From positions 1,417,771 to 1,481,770 of the forward strand of contig OZ245797.1 of the NCBI GenBank assembly GCA_965228195.1: a stretch of 64,000 nucleotides of DNA. The letters are read 5' to 3'. Shown here piece by piece: positions 1-8,750 of the stretch. The position numbers and the translations under genes were made by a program. Below the pieces are notes generated by a model. That model worked only from the letters and a program-made list of their open reading frames with translations. It ran no database searches and was not told the DNA's origin. The first letter of the stretch is position 1, and every line of letters begins with the position of its first letter. The stretch is from Candidatus Cloacimonadales bacterium. GTDB lineage: Bacteria; Cloacimonadota; Cloacimonadia; G963667145.

Positions 1-2292
1 GCGGCACAAAATGTGGAGCTGAGCACCAAATTTGATACTCAAGAAGAGCGGAGCGCTTGGTGGAATAGTTTGGAGTATCAGTGGAAGCTGACTTTCAACA
101 AGCTCTTAGGAGTGGGTAAGACGACCAAAAGACCCAAAGATATCTATCTGCAAGGGCTACTAAAAAGAACCACTCTTTTTCTTTATGGCTATGAGCTTAC
201 CAACATCAGCGGTTTGAGGCAGCTGGATCACTTGGAAAACATCAACTGCTCTTACAACAAAATCACCAGCTTAAAAGGTATTGAGAATTTGGTGAACTTG
301 AAGGAGTTGAAGCTCAGTGACAACCGCATAGAGTCTTTGTGGCGCATTAAAAACCTTACCAAGTTGGAGTATTTGCGAGCCGATTTCAACGATTTGCAAG
401 ATTTGAGAGGGTTAGAGAGGTTGCAAAACTTAAAAAGGGTTTATGTAAAGAGGAACTTCATCACCTCTATAGTACCTTTGGCGAACAAGCCGCTTTTGGA
501 AGAACTTTCTATCGAGCACAACCAAATAAGTTCGCTGCAGCCTTTGCGGACGAGTCGTAGGCTAAAAATATTGTTGACGCAACACAACTTGCTGACGAAT
601 ATCAAAGGGTTGGAGCAGCTAAAAGATCTGGAGCGGGTGTTTATCTTCAAAAACAGATTGACCAGCCTAGAGGGGGTGCAAAACCTCAAGAAGCTGAAAG
701 TTTTTTTGTATTCCGAAGATAGCAAGATCTTGCCCGAGTCGGAGAAAGATAAGGTGAGAAGGTATTTTGCCCGCAAGAAAGCGATAAAGTTTGGCTCTAT
801 CGGTGGACTGATTTTGCTCTTGGGGGGAGGTTTTTTGGGGTATATGCTACTGAATGTTGCCAAACGCCTGAGAAGACGCAAAGAAAGGCGGCAAGAGTTT
901 TTGCGGTTACAAAAGTTGTTTGCCAATCAGAAAGCTTCTTTCTTTAGTAACAAGCGCCGCCTGCATCAGTGGTGGAATATTTTGGAAAAGCAGTGGAAGC
1001 GGGTGTTTAATGTCCATCTGGACAACGGTTTTTCTTTGTTTTTGCCCAGCGAGGATAACTTGCGGGAGCTGGTGAACAGCAGGTTTTATCGAATGCGAGC
1101 CGACAACCTCACCAACTTATCTGGTTTGCGTAACTGCACCAAGTTGGAGCGGTTGAGTTTTTATAAGGAGAGTGATAAGTTTTTGAACTCTTTTTCTAAC
1201 TTGAGATTTATGGGTCGGTTTAGCAACTTGAAAAAAATAGAGTTTACCAATAAAAAGATCAAGAAGATTAAAAATTTTGCCGGCTTGGCGAAGATGTTTC
1301 AGATAGTGGTGGCTGCCGAGGATGTGCCCTACACCCCTAAAGGGAGCATCGTCGATGTGGCAGAAGATACGACATTGCGCTTCAACTATCCGATCGTGGC
1401 TATCGGCAATTTTGAAGGGTTGCACCTTGGGCACGCCAAGATTTTGAACAGGCTCTACTCCCGAGCCAAAGACACGGGGGGCGAGGCTTTGGTGATGACC
1501 TACAGGGCGCATACGCAAGAGCATTTCAGGAGAAAAAACAATCAAGAGATAGAGCCGTATCTGATCTTGGAGAAGCAGCATAAGGAGAATATGCTTTTTC
1601 ACAAATTTGGGATTCACTCCATCTTGTATCTAGATTTTCAAGAGGTGTCGGAGCTTTCGGCAGTGGAGTTTTTCGACAAGATTTTGATCGAGAAGTTGCA
1701 TGTGCGAGAGATCGTCTGTGGACACGACACCAGATTTGGCAAAGACAGACAAGGCGATTTGCGATTGTTGCAAGATCTTTGTAGACCCTATGGCATCAAA
1801 GTCCGGCTAGTGGAGCCTCTTATGATGGGCAAAGAGATAGTGTGTAGCAAGCTGATCAGACAGAAGATAAAAAAGGGCGAAATTAACGGCATCAAGCGTT
1901 ATTTGTCACGCAACTACTCGATAGTGGGAAAGGTGGAAAGTGGGCGAAAGGTTGGCGGGAGGTTGGGCTTCCCGACTCTGAACCTAAGACCGATCGAACC
2001 GCACAAGATCTACCCAGCCGAAGGGGTTTATATCACTCACACCCGCGTCGGGGACAAAGGTTACTACGGGCTTACCAATGTGGGATTTGCGCCGACGGTG
2101 CGAGACGATGAGAGGACAAAGACGATAGAGAACTATCTTTACAAGTTTAACGAAAAGATTTATGGGCAAGAGGTGAAAGTGGAATTTTTGCAGTTTTTGC
2201 GAGCCGAGAAGAAGTTTGCCTCACACAAGGAGTTGGTGGCACAATTAAAAAGCGATTTGAGGTCGTTGAAGCAATTTATAAGGGTGCATTAA
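1..2292 (+). CDS. ribF: Leucine-rich-repeat membrane protein fused in frame to bifunctional riboflavin kinase/FAD synthetase (5' end may lie outside the window)
   Basis: Frame 1 is open from base 1, and GTG at 13 is the first candidate start. Two WWNxLExQWK motifs are each followed by ~22-residue LxxLxxLxLxxNxI repeats, separated by one hydrophobic helix (FGSIGGLILLLGGGFLGYMLL) plus RRRKERR. The C-terminal ~330 aa carry RibF signatures GNFEGLHLGH and GRKVGGRLGFPTLNL. Confidence 0.8.
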   Translation, partial: AAQNVELSTKFDTQEERSAWWNSLEYQWKLTFNKLLGVGKTTKRPKDIYLQGLLKRTTLFLYGYELTNISGLRQLDHLENINCSYNKITSLKGIENLVNLKELKLSDNRIESLWRIKNLTKLEYLRADFNDLQDLRGLERLQNLKRVYVKRNFITSIVPLANKPLLEELSIEHNQISSLQPLRTSRRLKILLTQHNLLTNIKGLEQLKDLERVFIFKNRLTSLEGVQNLKKLKVFLYSEDSKILPESEKDKVRRYFARKKAIKFGSIGGLILLLGGGFLGYMLLNVAKRLRRRKERRQEFLRLQKLFANQKASFFSNKRRLHQWWNILEKQWKRVFNVHLDNGFSLFLPSEDNLRELVNSRFYRMRADNLTNLSGLRNCTKLERLSFYKESDKFLNSFSNLRFMGRFSNLKKIEFTNKKIKKIKNFAGLAKMFQIVVAAEDVPYTPKGSIVDVAEDTTLRFNYPIVAIGNFEGLHLGHAKILNRLYSRAKDTGGEALVMTYRAHTQEHFRRKNNQEIEPYLILEKQHKENMLFHKFGIHSILYLDFQEVSELSAVEFFDKILIEKLHVREIVCGHDTRFGKDRQGDLRLLQDLCRPYGIKVRLVEPLMMGKEIVCSKLIRQKIKKGEINGIKRYLSRNYSIVGKVESGRKVGGRLGFPTLNLRPIEPHKIYPAEGVYITHTRVGDKGYYGLTNVGFAPTVRDDERTKTIENYLYKFNEKIYGQEVKVEFLQFLRAEKKFASHKELVAQLKSDLRSLKQFIRVH

Positions 2293-2658
2293 ATGAAAGT
2301 GAAAAAAATGTTGGAGCTGATCGATGGCAAGCTCTTGAGTTCGCCAGAGCATCTGGAGTATGATCTCTCTTTTGGGGTCGCCTCGGATCTTATCAGCGAT
2401 GTGCTGATGTGTGTCAAAGACTCGGCTGTGTTGTTCACGGGTCTTGTTAATCATCAGATAGTGCGGGTGGCAGAGATGGTAGATATGCAGGCGGTGGTGT
2501 TTGTGAGGGGCAAAAAGCCCAACGATGAGATTTTGGCTCTGGCAAGTGAGCACGATCTGCCTATATTATGCACCAACTTTTCTTTGTTTGAGTCTTGTGC
2601 TAGAGCCTATCAAGGTGGCTTGAAAGCTTTGCCGATAAAGGTGAGTATCGATGAATAG
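2293..2658 (+). CDS. Stand-alone DRTGG-domain protein
   Basis: 121 aa. The ASDLISDVL...VFTGLVNHQIVRVAEMVDMQAVVFVRGKKP pattern is typical of DRTGG domains. It is clearly paralogous to the C-terminus of the 3133-4761 product. The start abuts the ribF stop (TAAATG). Confidence 0.7.
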   Translation: MKVKKMLELIDGKLLSSPEHLEYDLSFGVASDLISDVLMCVKDSAVLFTGLVNHQIVRVAEMVDMQAVVFVRGKKPNDEILALASEHDLPILCTNFSLFESCARAYQGGLKALPIKVSIDE

Positions 2659-3130
2659 TTTTGCGTATAGTAAAGACAGCCAGAGGGAGCCAGCCAAGTT
2701 TTTGGCAGAGTTGGAGCAGCCAGCCATAAACTTCGAGTTTGCTATCGAATGCAAAGATTTTGTGGAGTCGGGGACTGCCACTACCAAGATAAAGAAGCAT
2801 CTGAAGAGCTTGGGCATAGACACCGGGTCGCTACGGCGGTTTGCGGTGGCTAGTTACGAGGCGGAGATAAATGTGGTGGCTCACTCCAAGGGTGGCAAGA
2901 TGATAGCAGGGATCTACCCCGAGTTTGTTCACTTGCGCTTCGTGGACGATGGTCCTGGCATACAAGATATCGAAAAGGCGATGCGTCCTGGTTACTCCAC
3001 GGCTGACGATTTGGCTCGCTCGATGGGGTTTGGAGCGGGGATGGGTTTGCCTAACATAAAAGATAATGTGGATGTTATGCTTCTTTGCTCCAACGCCAAG
3101 ACGGAGCTAGATTTGGTGGTGTTTTTTTGA
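2651..3130 (+). CDS. GHKL-type ATPase, SpoIIAB/RsbW-like putative serine protein kinase
   Basis: 159 aa with DDGPGIQDIEKAMRPGYST and GFGAGMGLPN (HATPase G1/G2-like boxes). It has no DHp or sensor domain. It overlaps the upstream gene by 8 nt. Confidence 0.7.
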   Translation: MNSFAYSKDSQREPAKFLAELEQPAINFEFAIECKDFVESGTATTKIKKHLKSLGIDTGSLRRFAVASYEAEINVVAHSKGGKMIAGIYPEFVHLRFVDDGPGIQDIEKAMRPGYSTADDLARSMGFGAGMGLPNIKDNVDVMLLCSNAKTELDLVVFF

Positions 3131-3132
3131 AG

Positions 3133-4761
3133 ATGAAAAAAAGTGGATGGAAGATGAAAAGTAAAGAGTGTGTGCAGGAGAATAAAGATAAGTGTATCGG
3201 ATGCACGAGGTGCATCAGGGTTTGTCCGGTTTCGGCAATCAGGCTCCGCGATGGTAAGGTGGAGATAAACAGGCACAAGTGTATCAGCTGCGGACAGTGC
3301 ATCAAGGTTTGTCCGGTGGGAGCTATCCAAAGCGTTTACGACGATTTTGACCAACTGCTGCAAGACGCTCGTTTCAAGTATCGGGTGGTGCTTTTGTCGA
3401 ATGTGTTTATCGGGCAGCTGCCACCCAAGGTAGATTACCAGATGGCAACCGATGCGCTTTTGTCACTGGGGTTTGACAAGGTGATCGACGAGAATATGAT
3501 CACCGGGGTGATGGCTCCGATCTTTGCTCAGAAGCTGAACGAGGCTAAGTTGCGGCCGCTTATCTCGTCCAACTGTCCTGCCATCGTTCGTTTGATCCAG
3601 ATCAAGTACCCTTCTTTGCTTCCCAACATCTTGCCACTGGAGTCTTCGGTGGGAATATTGAGCGCCTACTATCGAAACTACATCGCAAAACAAAAAGGGC
3701 TTAAACCCGAAGAGATAGGCATCTTTTCGGTGGCTCCTTGTTCTGCCCAGATCACCGCTTTCAAAAATCCAGTCGGTCAAGAGAGCTCTTTTCAAGATGG
3801 AGCCTTGGCGATGAGGGATGTTTACAATCGGATTATGCACATTTGCTACAGTCAAAGACAAGACGAGAAAAAGCAGGCGCCCAGCAGTGGTAACTCCAAG
3901 CGGCACGAGAATTGGGGGATTTACATCTCAGAGGGCAATCAGGTAAAGAAAAGCAACTTCAAGACTTTGGCAGTCAGCGGGTTTAAAGGAGCCAAAGATA
4001 TTTTGTCCAAAATCGAAGGTGGACAGTTAGACTACTACGACTATGTCGTTTTGCGCAGTTGCACCAACGGATGCGTGGGCGGGGACTTGAATGTGGAGAA
4101 CCCTTTTATCGCTTCCAATCGCATCGCCTCCTCAGATATCGCTTTCGAGAAGATCGACAAAGAGCTTTTTTACAAGTTGTTTGAGCAAAGGGAGTTTGAG
4201 CTGAAGAAAGCTTTGTTGCCTGTGGATGCTGCCGTGGAGAGTTTGTCGATGCAAGAGAAGATAGTTAAGATGAAAAAATACGAAGATATTAAGAAACTTT
4301 TGCCGGGCAAAGATTGTGGTATTTGTGGCTGTCCGACTTGTGCGGATTTGGCTAAAGAGATAGTTGACGGCAGGGCGAAATTTTCCGATTGTGTCTTTAA
4401 TATGCAGGAGAAAAAAGAGATGTCTTTACCAGAGATGATAGATCTTATCGGGGGCAAGTTGCTCACCAAAGATAAAGAGTTGTCGCAGGTGGTGGTCAGT
4501 AGCGTTTACACGGGCGATTTGCTCTCGGATGTGATGGCCTCGGCTGGCGATTGCCAAGTGTGGGTGACGATAATGCAACACCAAAATTCGATAGCGGTGG
4601 CATCGCTCTTGGAGATCGAGGCGATAATCTTTGCCAAAGACAAGGTTCCGGAGCAAAGCGTGATAGACAAAGCCAACCAAGAGGGAATCGTTTTGATAAG
4701 CAGTCCGCTGACCTCTTTTGATATTTCGGGAAAGTTGTATAAGATGGTGGTGGTTAAGTAG
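3133..4761 (+). CDS. HydS-like (sensory-type) [FeFe]-hydrogenase homologue: 2x[4Fe-4S] ferredoxin, degenerate H-cluster domain, Cys-rich Fe-S motif and C-terminal DRTGG domain
   Basis: Motifs CIGCTRCIRVCP and CISCGQCIKVCP. L1-like SSNCP (3565-3579), L2-like APCSAQ and L3-like SCTNGCVGG. CGICGCPTCADL...SDC motif, then a DRTGG-like tail. I chose ATG 3133 rather than 3085, which would overlap the previous gene. Confidence 0.75.
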   Translation: MKKSGWKMKSKECVQENKDKCIGCTRCIRVCPVSAIRLRDGKVEINRHKCISCGQCIKVCPVGAIQSVYDDFDQLLQDARFKYRVVLLSNVFIGQLPPKVDYQMATDALLSLGFDKVIDENMITGVMAPIFAQKLNEAKLRPLISSNCPAIVRLIQIKYPSLLPNILPLESSVGILSAYYRNYIAKQKGLKPEEIGIFSVAPCSAQITAFKNPVGQESSFQDGALAMRDVYNRIMHICYSQRQDEKKQAPSSGNSKRHENWGIYISEGNQVKKSNFKTLAVSGFKGAKDILSKIEGGQLDYYDYVVLRSCTNGCVGGDLNVENPFIASNRIASSDIAFEKIDKELFYKLFEQREFELKKALLPVDAAVESLSMQEKIVKMKKYEDIKKLLPGKDCGICGCPTCADLAKEIVDGRAKFSDCVFNMQEKKEMSLPEMIDLIGGKLLTKDKELSQVVVSSVYTGDLLSDVMASAGDCQVWVTIMQHQNSIAVASLLEIEAIIFAKDKVPEQSVIDKANQEGIVLISSPLTSFDISGKLYKMVVVK

Positions 4762-5478
4762 ATGGTTTGTAAAGCCGATTTGCATATGCACTCCGTTTTG
4801 TCACCTTGTGGCGATTACTCGATGTCGCCCTCGCTCCTATTTCAAAAAGCTGCCGATTTGGGGTTTCAGATGCTCTCTATCACCGAACACAACAGCTTGG
4901 CAAACTCTAAAGCTTATGCGAAGATTGCCAGTAGTTTTGGCATTCACCTTATCTATGGAGTGGAGATTCAGACCAGCTTGGAGGTGCATCTATTGGCTTA
5001 TTTTCCCGATCGTGGGTCGGCAGAAGCTTTCGATAGGGAGCTTTACCGAAGTTTGCCCGATATCCAAAACAAGAAAGATTTTTTTGGAGATCAGGTGCTT
5101 ATCGATGATCAGGAGATGGTGTTAGGTTTTGAAAAAAGGCTCTTGTTGAACTCGGTTAGCTGGGATTTGCGACAAACTTTTGCCAAGGTGAAAAGCTTGG
5201 GAGGGCTGCTGGTGGCATCGCATGTGGACGCCGATAGTTTTAGCATCAGATCGCAACTGGGCTTTTTGCCGCAAGATGTTAGCTTTGATGCGCTAGAGGT
5301 GGTGGGCGATCTTTTGCCGTGGCAGGAGTATAATCTTGCTTTGGTGCGTAACTCCGATGCTCATTATCTGAAAGATTTTGGCAACAGGTTTACCGAATAC
5401 CAGATGGAGGAGATCGGTTTTGCGGGTCTGAAGAAAGCTTTACAAAAAAAACAGTTTGAGACTAAAGTAATTAAATAG
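4762..5478 (+). CDS. PHP-family (polymerase/histidinol phosphatase-like) metal-dependent phosphoesterase
   Basis: N-terminal DLHMHSVLSPCGD, then ITEHNS and HVDA motifs, which are PHP His/Asp metal ligands. The start directly follows the upstream stop. Confidence 0.8.
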   Translation: MVCKADLHMHSVLSPCGDYSMSPSLLFQKAADLGFQMLSITEHNSLANSKAYAKIASSFGIHLIYGVEIQTSLEVHLLAYFPDRGSAEAFDRELYRSLPDIQNKKDFFGDQVLIDDQEMVLGFEKRLLLNSVSWDLRQTFAKVKSLGGLLVASHVDADSFSIRSQLGFLPQDVSFDALEVVGDLLPWQEYNLALVRNSDAHYLKDFGNRFTEYQMEEIGFAGLKKALQKKQFETKVIK

Positions 5479-5487
5479 GGGGCGAAT

Positions 5488-5958
5488 GTGGGAAAATGTG
5501 ATAATGAACTATACACTCAGCTGAAGAAGATAATCGAAGAGAAGTTGAGCTTGCAAGACCCTTTGATCGAGATTTTACGAGAGGCACAAAGTTTGTTTGG
5601 TTATTTGCCCAAAGAGGTGCAAGTTTTTATTGCCGAGCAGATGGATCTGCCGGTGAATAAGGTTTATGAAGTGGTGACTTTTTACAACTTCTTTTCGATG
5701 ACGCCACGGGGCAGGTTTGTGATCAATGTTTGCACGGGGACCGCTTGCTATGTGAAGGGCGCGGCAAAGGTGATCGAGATGTTGGAGCAAGAGCTGGGTA
5801 TTGGTCTAGGACAGACCAGCCCAGATAACAAGTTTACTCTCTCGTCGGTGCGCTGTGTGGGAGCTTGCTCTTTGGCACCGGTGGTGGTGATAGGTCAAGA
5901 CACTTATGGCAAGATCACCACGCGTGAGCAGGTCAAAGAGATCTTGGGCAAGTATTAA
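5488..5958 (+). CDS. NuoE/HydC-like thioredoxin-fold [2Fe-2S] subunit (pair 1)
   Basis: 156 aa with CTGTACYVKGA ... CVGACSLAPVVVI, the four-Cys pattern of 24-kDa NuoE/HydC subunits. Confidence 0.85.
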   Translation: MGKCDNELYTQLKKIIEEKLSLQDPLIEILREAQSLFGYLPKEVQVFIAEQMDLPVNKVYEVVTFYNFFSMTPRGRFVINVCTGTACYVKGAAKVIEMLEQELGIGLGQTSPDNKFTLSSVRCVGACSLAPVVVIGQDTYGKITTREQVKEILGKY

Positions 5959-5990
5959 CTAGCCCTATAAAGATAAGGTAAAAAAAGGTT

Positions 5991-6536
5991 ATGCAAGACA
6001 TCTCTTTGCATCTTCTGGACATTTTGCAAAACTCGGTCAGTGCAGGTGCCAGCTTGATTGTTTGTCGGTTTAGCAAATCTTGTGACACCTTGAGCTTGAG
6101 CGTTGCGGACAACGGCAAAGGTATGGACGAGAAGACGCTCCAAGCGGCGCTGGACCCTTTTTACACCAGCAAGGAGCATCGCAAGAAGAAGGTCGGCTTG
6201 GGCATTCCGCTTTTTGCTCAGAGCGCCCTGCTCTCAGGGGGAAGTTTCGATTTGCAATCTTCACCCGGTGCCGGCACCAAACTGGAGGCTGTCTTTGTGC
6301 AATCGAGCATCGACGCTTTGCCTTTGGGAGATGTGACCACGACGCTGATTACCTGCATTATCGCTCATCCACAGGTCGATTTTGTGCTGGAGTGTGAACA
6401 GGGCAAAGAGTTAGATAGTTTTGACACCCGTTTGATCAAGAAGGAGCTGGACGGACTGCCTTTGGATCAGCCGGAGATAAGAAGTTTTATGGAAGAGGTT
6501 CTTAACCAACAGATGGTAAAATTGGAGGAAAGATGA
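5991..6536 (+). CDS. Histidine-kinase-like ATPase domain protein embedded in the hydrogenase operon
   Basis: 181 aa with LLDILQNSVSAGA (N-box-like), DNGKGMD (G1), GLGIPL and SSPGAGT (G2-like). No DHp domain. Confidence 0.7.
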   Translation: MQDISLHLLDILQNSVSAGASLIVCRFSKSCDTLSLSVADNGKGMDEKTLQAALDPFYTSKEHRKKKVGLGIPLFAQSALLSGGSFDLQSSPGAGTKLEAVFVQSSIDALPLGDVTTTLITCIIAHPQVDFVLECEQGKELDSFDTRLIKKELDGLPLDQPEIRSFMEEVLNQQMVKLEER

Positions 6537-6886
6537 AATCTTTAGCAGATTTGAAAAAGTTGAAAGAAGAGGTTCAAAAGAAGATGAACCTGAGAAATTC
6601 GGATTACAAATATAAGATCGTGGTAGGAATGGGCACCTCAGGCATAGCCATGGGCGCCAGAGAGGTGATGAAATCTTTCTTGGACGAGATATCCAAAAGA
6701 GATGTTGCCGGAGTGGTTGTTACTCAAAGTGGCGAGAAAGGAGCCTCTAGCATGGAGCCGGTGGTGGATGTGATCGAGAAAGACGGCAAAAGCGTCACCT
6801 ATTGTCAGATGAGTGCCGAGAAGGCCAAGAGGGTGATTAGTGAGCATATCGTCAACGGGAATGTCATCAGTGAATATTTAATCTGA
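6533..6886 (+). CDS. HndB-like thioredoxin-fold ferredoxin domain protein, cysteine-less
   Basis: 117 aa. KIVVGMGTSGIAMGAREV ... TQSGEKGASSMEPVV aligns by eye to the CxxxxC ... CxxxC layout of [2Fe-2S] thioredoxin-like ferredoxins, but only one Cys remains. 4-nt overlap with the upstream gene. Confidence 0.55.
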   Translation: MKSLADLKKLKEEVQKKMNLRNSDYKYKIVVGMGTSGIAMGAREVMKSFLDEISKRDVAGVVVTQSGEKGASSMEPVVDVIEKDGKSVTYCQMSAEKAKRVISEHIVNGNVISEYLI

Positions 6887-6896
6887 GAAGGTCAAG

Positions 6897-8726
6897 ATGT
6901 TAAAACGAATCGATGTTTTGCTCTGCTTTGGCTCTGGTTGTGTTTCTGCCGGAGCCAAGAAGATAAAACAGGAGCTACAAAAGTTGGTGCGTGAGTCTGA
7001 TATTGAGAGCGAGGTGAACATCATCGAAACCGGTTGTATGGGACCTTGCGACTACGGACCTTTGATGCTGATCTATCCAGAGGGCGTTTTTTACAAAGAG
7101 CTGAAGCCTGAGGATATGAAAGAGGTGGTGCAGGAGCATTTCATCAAGGGCAGAGTCGTGGAGCGACTGCTGATGAAAGATGAGTCGAGCACTCAAAAGG
7201 TTATCCGCAATGTCGAGGATGTGCCTTTTTATCAAAATCAGACCAAGGTGGCTCTGAAGCACTGCGGATACATAGACCCTGAATCTTTGGAGGAGTATGT
7301 AGCCGTGGACGGTTACGCCGCTTTGGGTAAGGTGCTGGAAGAGATGTCGCCCGAGCAAGTGATAAAACAGATCGAGATCTCGGGGCTGCGGGGTAGAGGC
7401 GGAGGGGGATTTCCCACGCATCTCAAGTGGCAATTTGCCAAGAAGGCATCCAGTGAAGACGGTAGTAAATATATTATTTGTAACGGCGACGAGGGCGACC
7501 CAGGCGCTTTTATGGACAGATCTTTGCTAGAAGGAGATCCGCACAAGGTGCTAGAGGGGATGATGATCGCCGCTTACGCAGTGGGAGCTACCAAAGGTTT
7601 TTTTTATATCCGCGCCGAGTATCCTTTGGCGATCCAGAGGATAAAGTTGGCTATCGCCAAAGCCGAAGAGTTTGGTCTATTGGGAGAGAACATCTTAGGA
7701 AGCGAGTTTAGTTTTCAGCTGGAGGTTCGCACCGGGGCAGGAGCTTTTGTGTGTGGTGAGGAGACCGCCCTTATCTCGTCGATCGAAGGCAAGCGGGGGC
7801 ATCCGAAACCGAAACCGCCTTTCCCTGCTAGCAAGGGACTCTGGGGTAAGCCGACCAACATCAACAATGTGGAAACTTTTGCCAATGTGCCTTCGATAAT
7901 CTTGCAAGGCGGTCGGTGGTTTGCGGAGATGGGAACCCCAAAAAGCAAAGGGACAAAAGTTTTTGCGTTGACCGGAGATGTGAAAAACACGGGGTTGGTG
8001 GAGGTGCCCATGGGCGTTACTATAGGTGATCTGATCGATAAGGTTGGAGGCGGCATCAGTAGTGGCAAATTTAAGGCTGTCCAACTGGGTGGACCCTCGG
8101 GAGGTTGCCTGACCAAAGAGCATTGGGATGTGCCGATAGATTACGATTCGCTTACCGCCAAAGGGGCAATGATGGGATCTGGCGGGGTTATCGTGATGAA
8201 CGATAGCAAGTGCATGGTCAATGTGGCTAAGTTTTTTCTGGAGTTCTCTTTGGAAGAGTCTTGTGGTAAGTGTTCGCCTTGCCGAGTGGGACTCAAACAT
8301 CTGCACAACATCTTAGAAAAAATCACGGCAGGCAAAGGGACGATGGCAGATTTGCAAGAGCTGGAGAAGGTTGGCAACTTGGTCAAGAAGACCTCTTTGT
8401 GCGGTTTGGGACAGACGGCTCCCAACCCGGTGTTGTCAACTTTGCAATATTTTAGGAACGAGTATGAGGAGCATATCAAAGACAAGAGATGCTCTTCTTT
8501 GGTTTGTGCCGATCTTTTGCATTTCCAGATAGATAAAGATAAGTGTGTCGGCTGCTCACTCTGTGCCAAAAAATGTCCAACCAGTTGCATCGAAGGCTCC
8601 AGAAAGCAGAAGTTTTCTATCTTACAGTCGGAGTGTGTGAAATGTGGTAACTGTTTGGAGGTTTGCCCTGTGGGTGCGGTGAGCAAGTTGGCAGGAAAAG
8701 GAGAAGATGATGAGCAAGAGTGTTAA
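6897..8726 (+). CDS. NuoF/HydB-like NAD(P)H-binding flavoprotein subunit (pair 1, full cofactor set)
   Basis: 609 aa. N-terminal CFGSGC...CMGPC, GLRGRGGGGFPT (FMN/NADH site) and ESCGKCSPCR (N3-type [4Fe-4S]). C-terminal CVGCSLCAKKCP and CVKCGNCLEVCP. Confidence 0.9.
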   Translation: MLKRIDVLLCFGSGCVSAGAKKIKQELQKLVRESDIESEVNIIETGCMGPCDYGPLMLIYPEGVFYKELKPEDMKEVVQEHFIKGRVVERLLMKDESSTQKVIRNVEDVPFYQNQTKVALKHCGYIDPESLEEYVAVDGYAALGKVLEEMSPEQVIKQIEISGLRGRGGGGFPTHLKWQFAKKASSEDGSKYIICNGDEGDPGAFMDRSLLEGDPHKVLEGMMIAAYAVGATKGFFYIRAEYPLAIQRIKLAIAKAEEFGLLGENILGSEFSFQLEVRTGAGAFVCGEETALISSIEGKRGHPKPKPPFPASKGLWGKPTNINNVETFANVPSIILQGGRWFAEMGTPKSKGTKVFALTGDVKNTGLVEVPMGVTIGDLIDKVGGGISSGKFKAVQLGGPSGGCLTKEHWDVPIDYDSLTAKGAMMGSGGVIVMNDSKCMVNVAKFFLEFSLEESCGKCSPCRVGLKHLHNILEKITAGKGTMADLQELEKVGNLVKKTSLCGLGQTAPNPVLSTLQYFRNEYEEHIKDKRCSSLVCADLLHFQIDKDKCVGCSLCAKKCPTSCIEGSRKQKFSILQSECVKCGNCLEVCPVGAVSKLAGKGEDDEQEC

Positions 8727-8750
8727 AGTTTTGATAACCAGAAGGAGGTT

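Noticed and set aside
3085-3132. Upstream ATG start for the HydS-like gene, as in the ORF track
   Set aside because: It would overlap the preceding ATPase gene by 46 nt and add a non-conserved-looking peptide. ATG 3133 directly follows that gene's stop codon.
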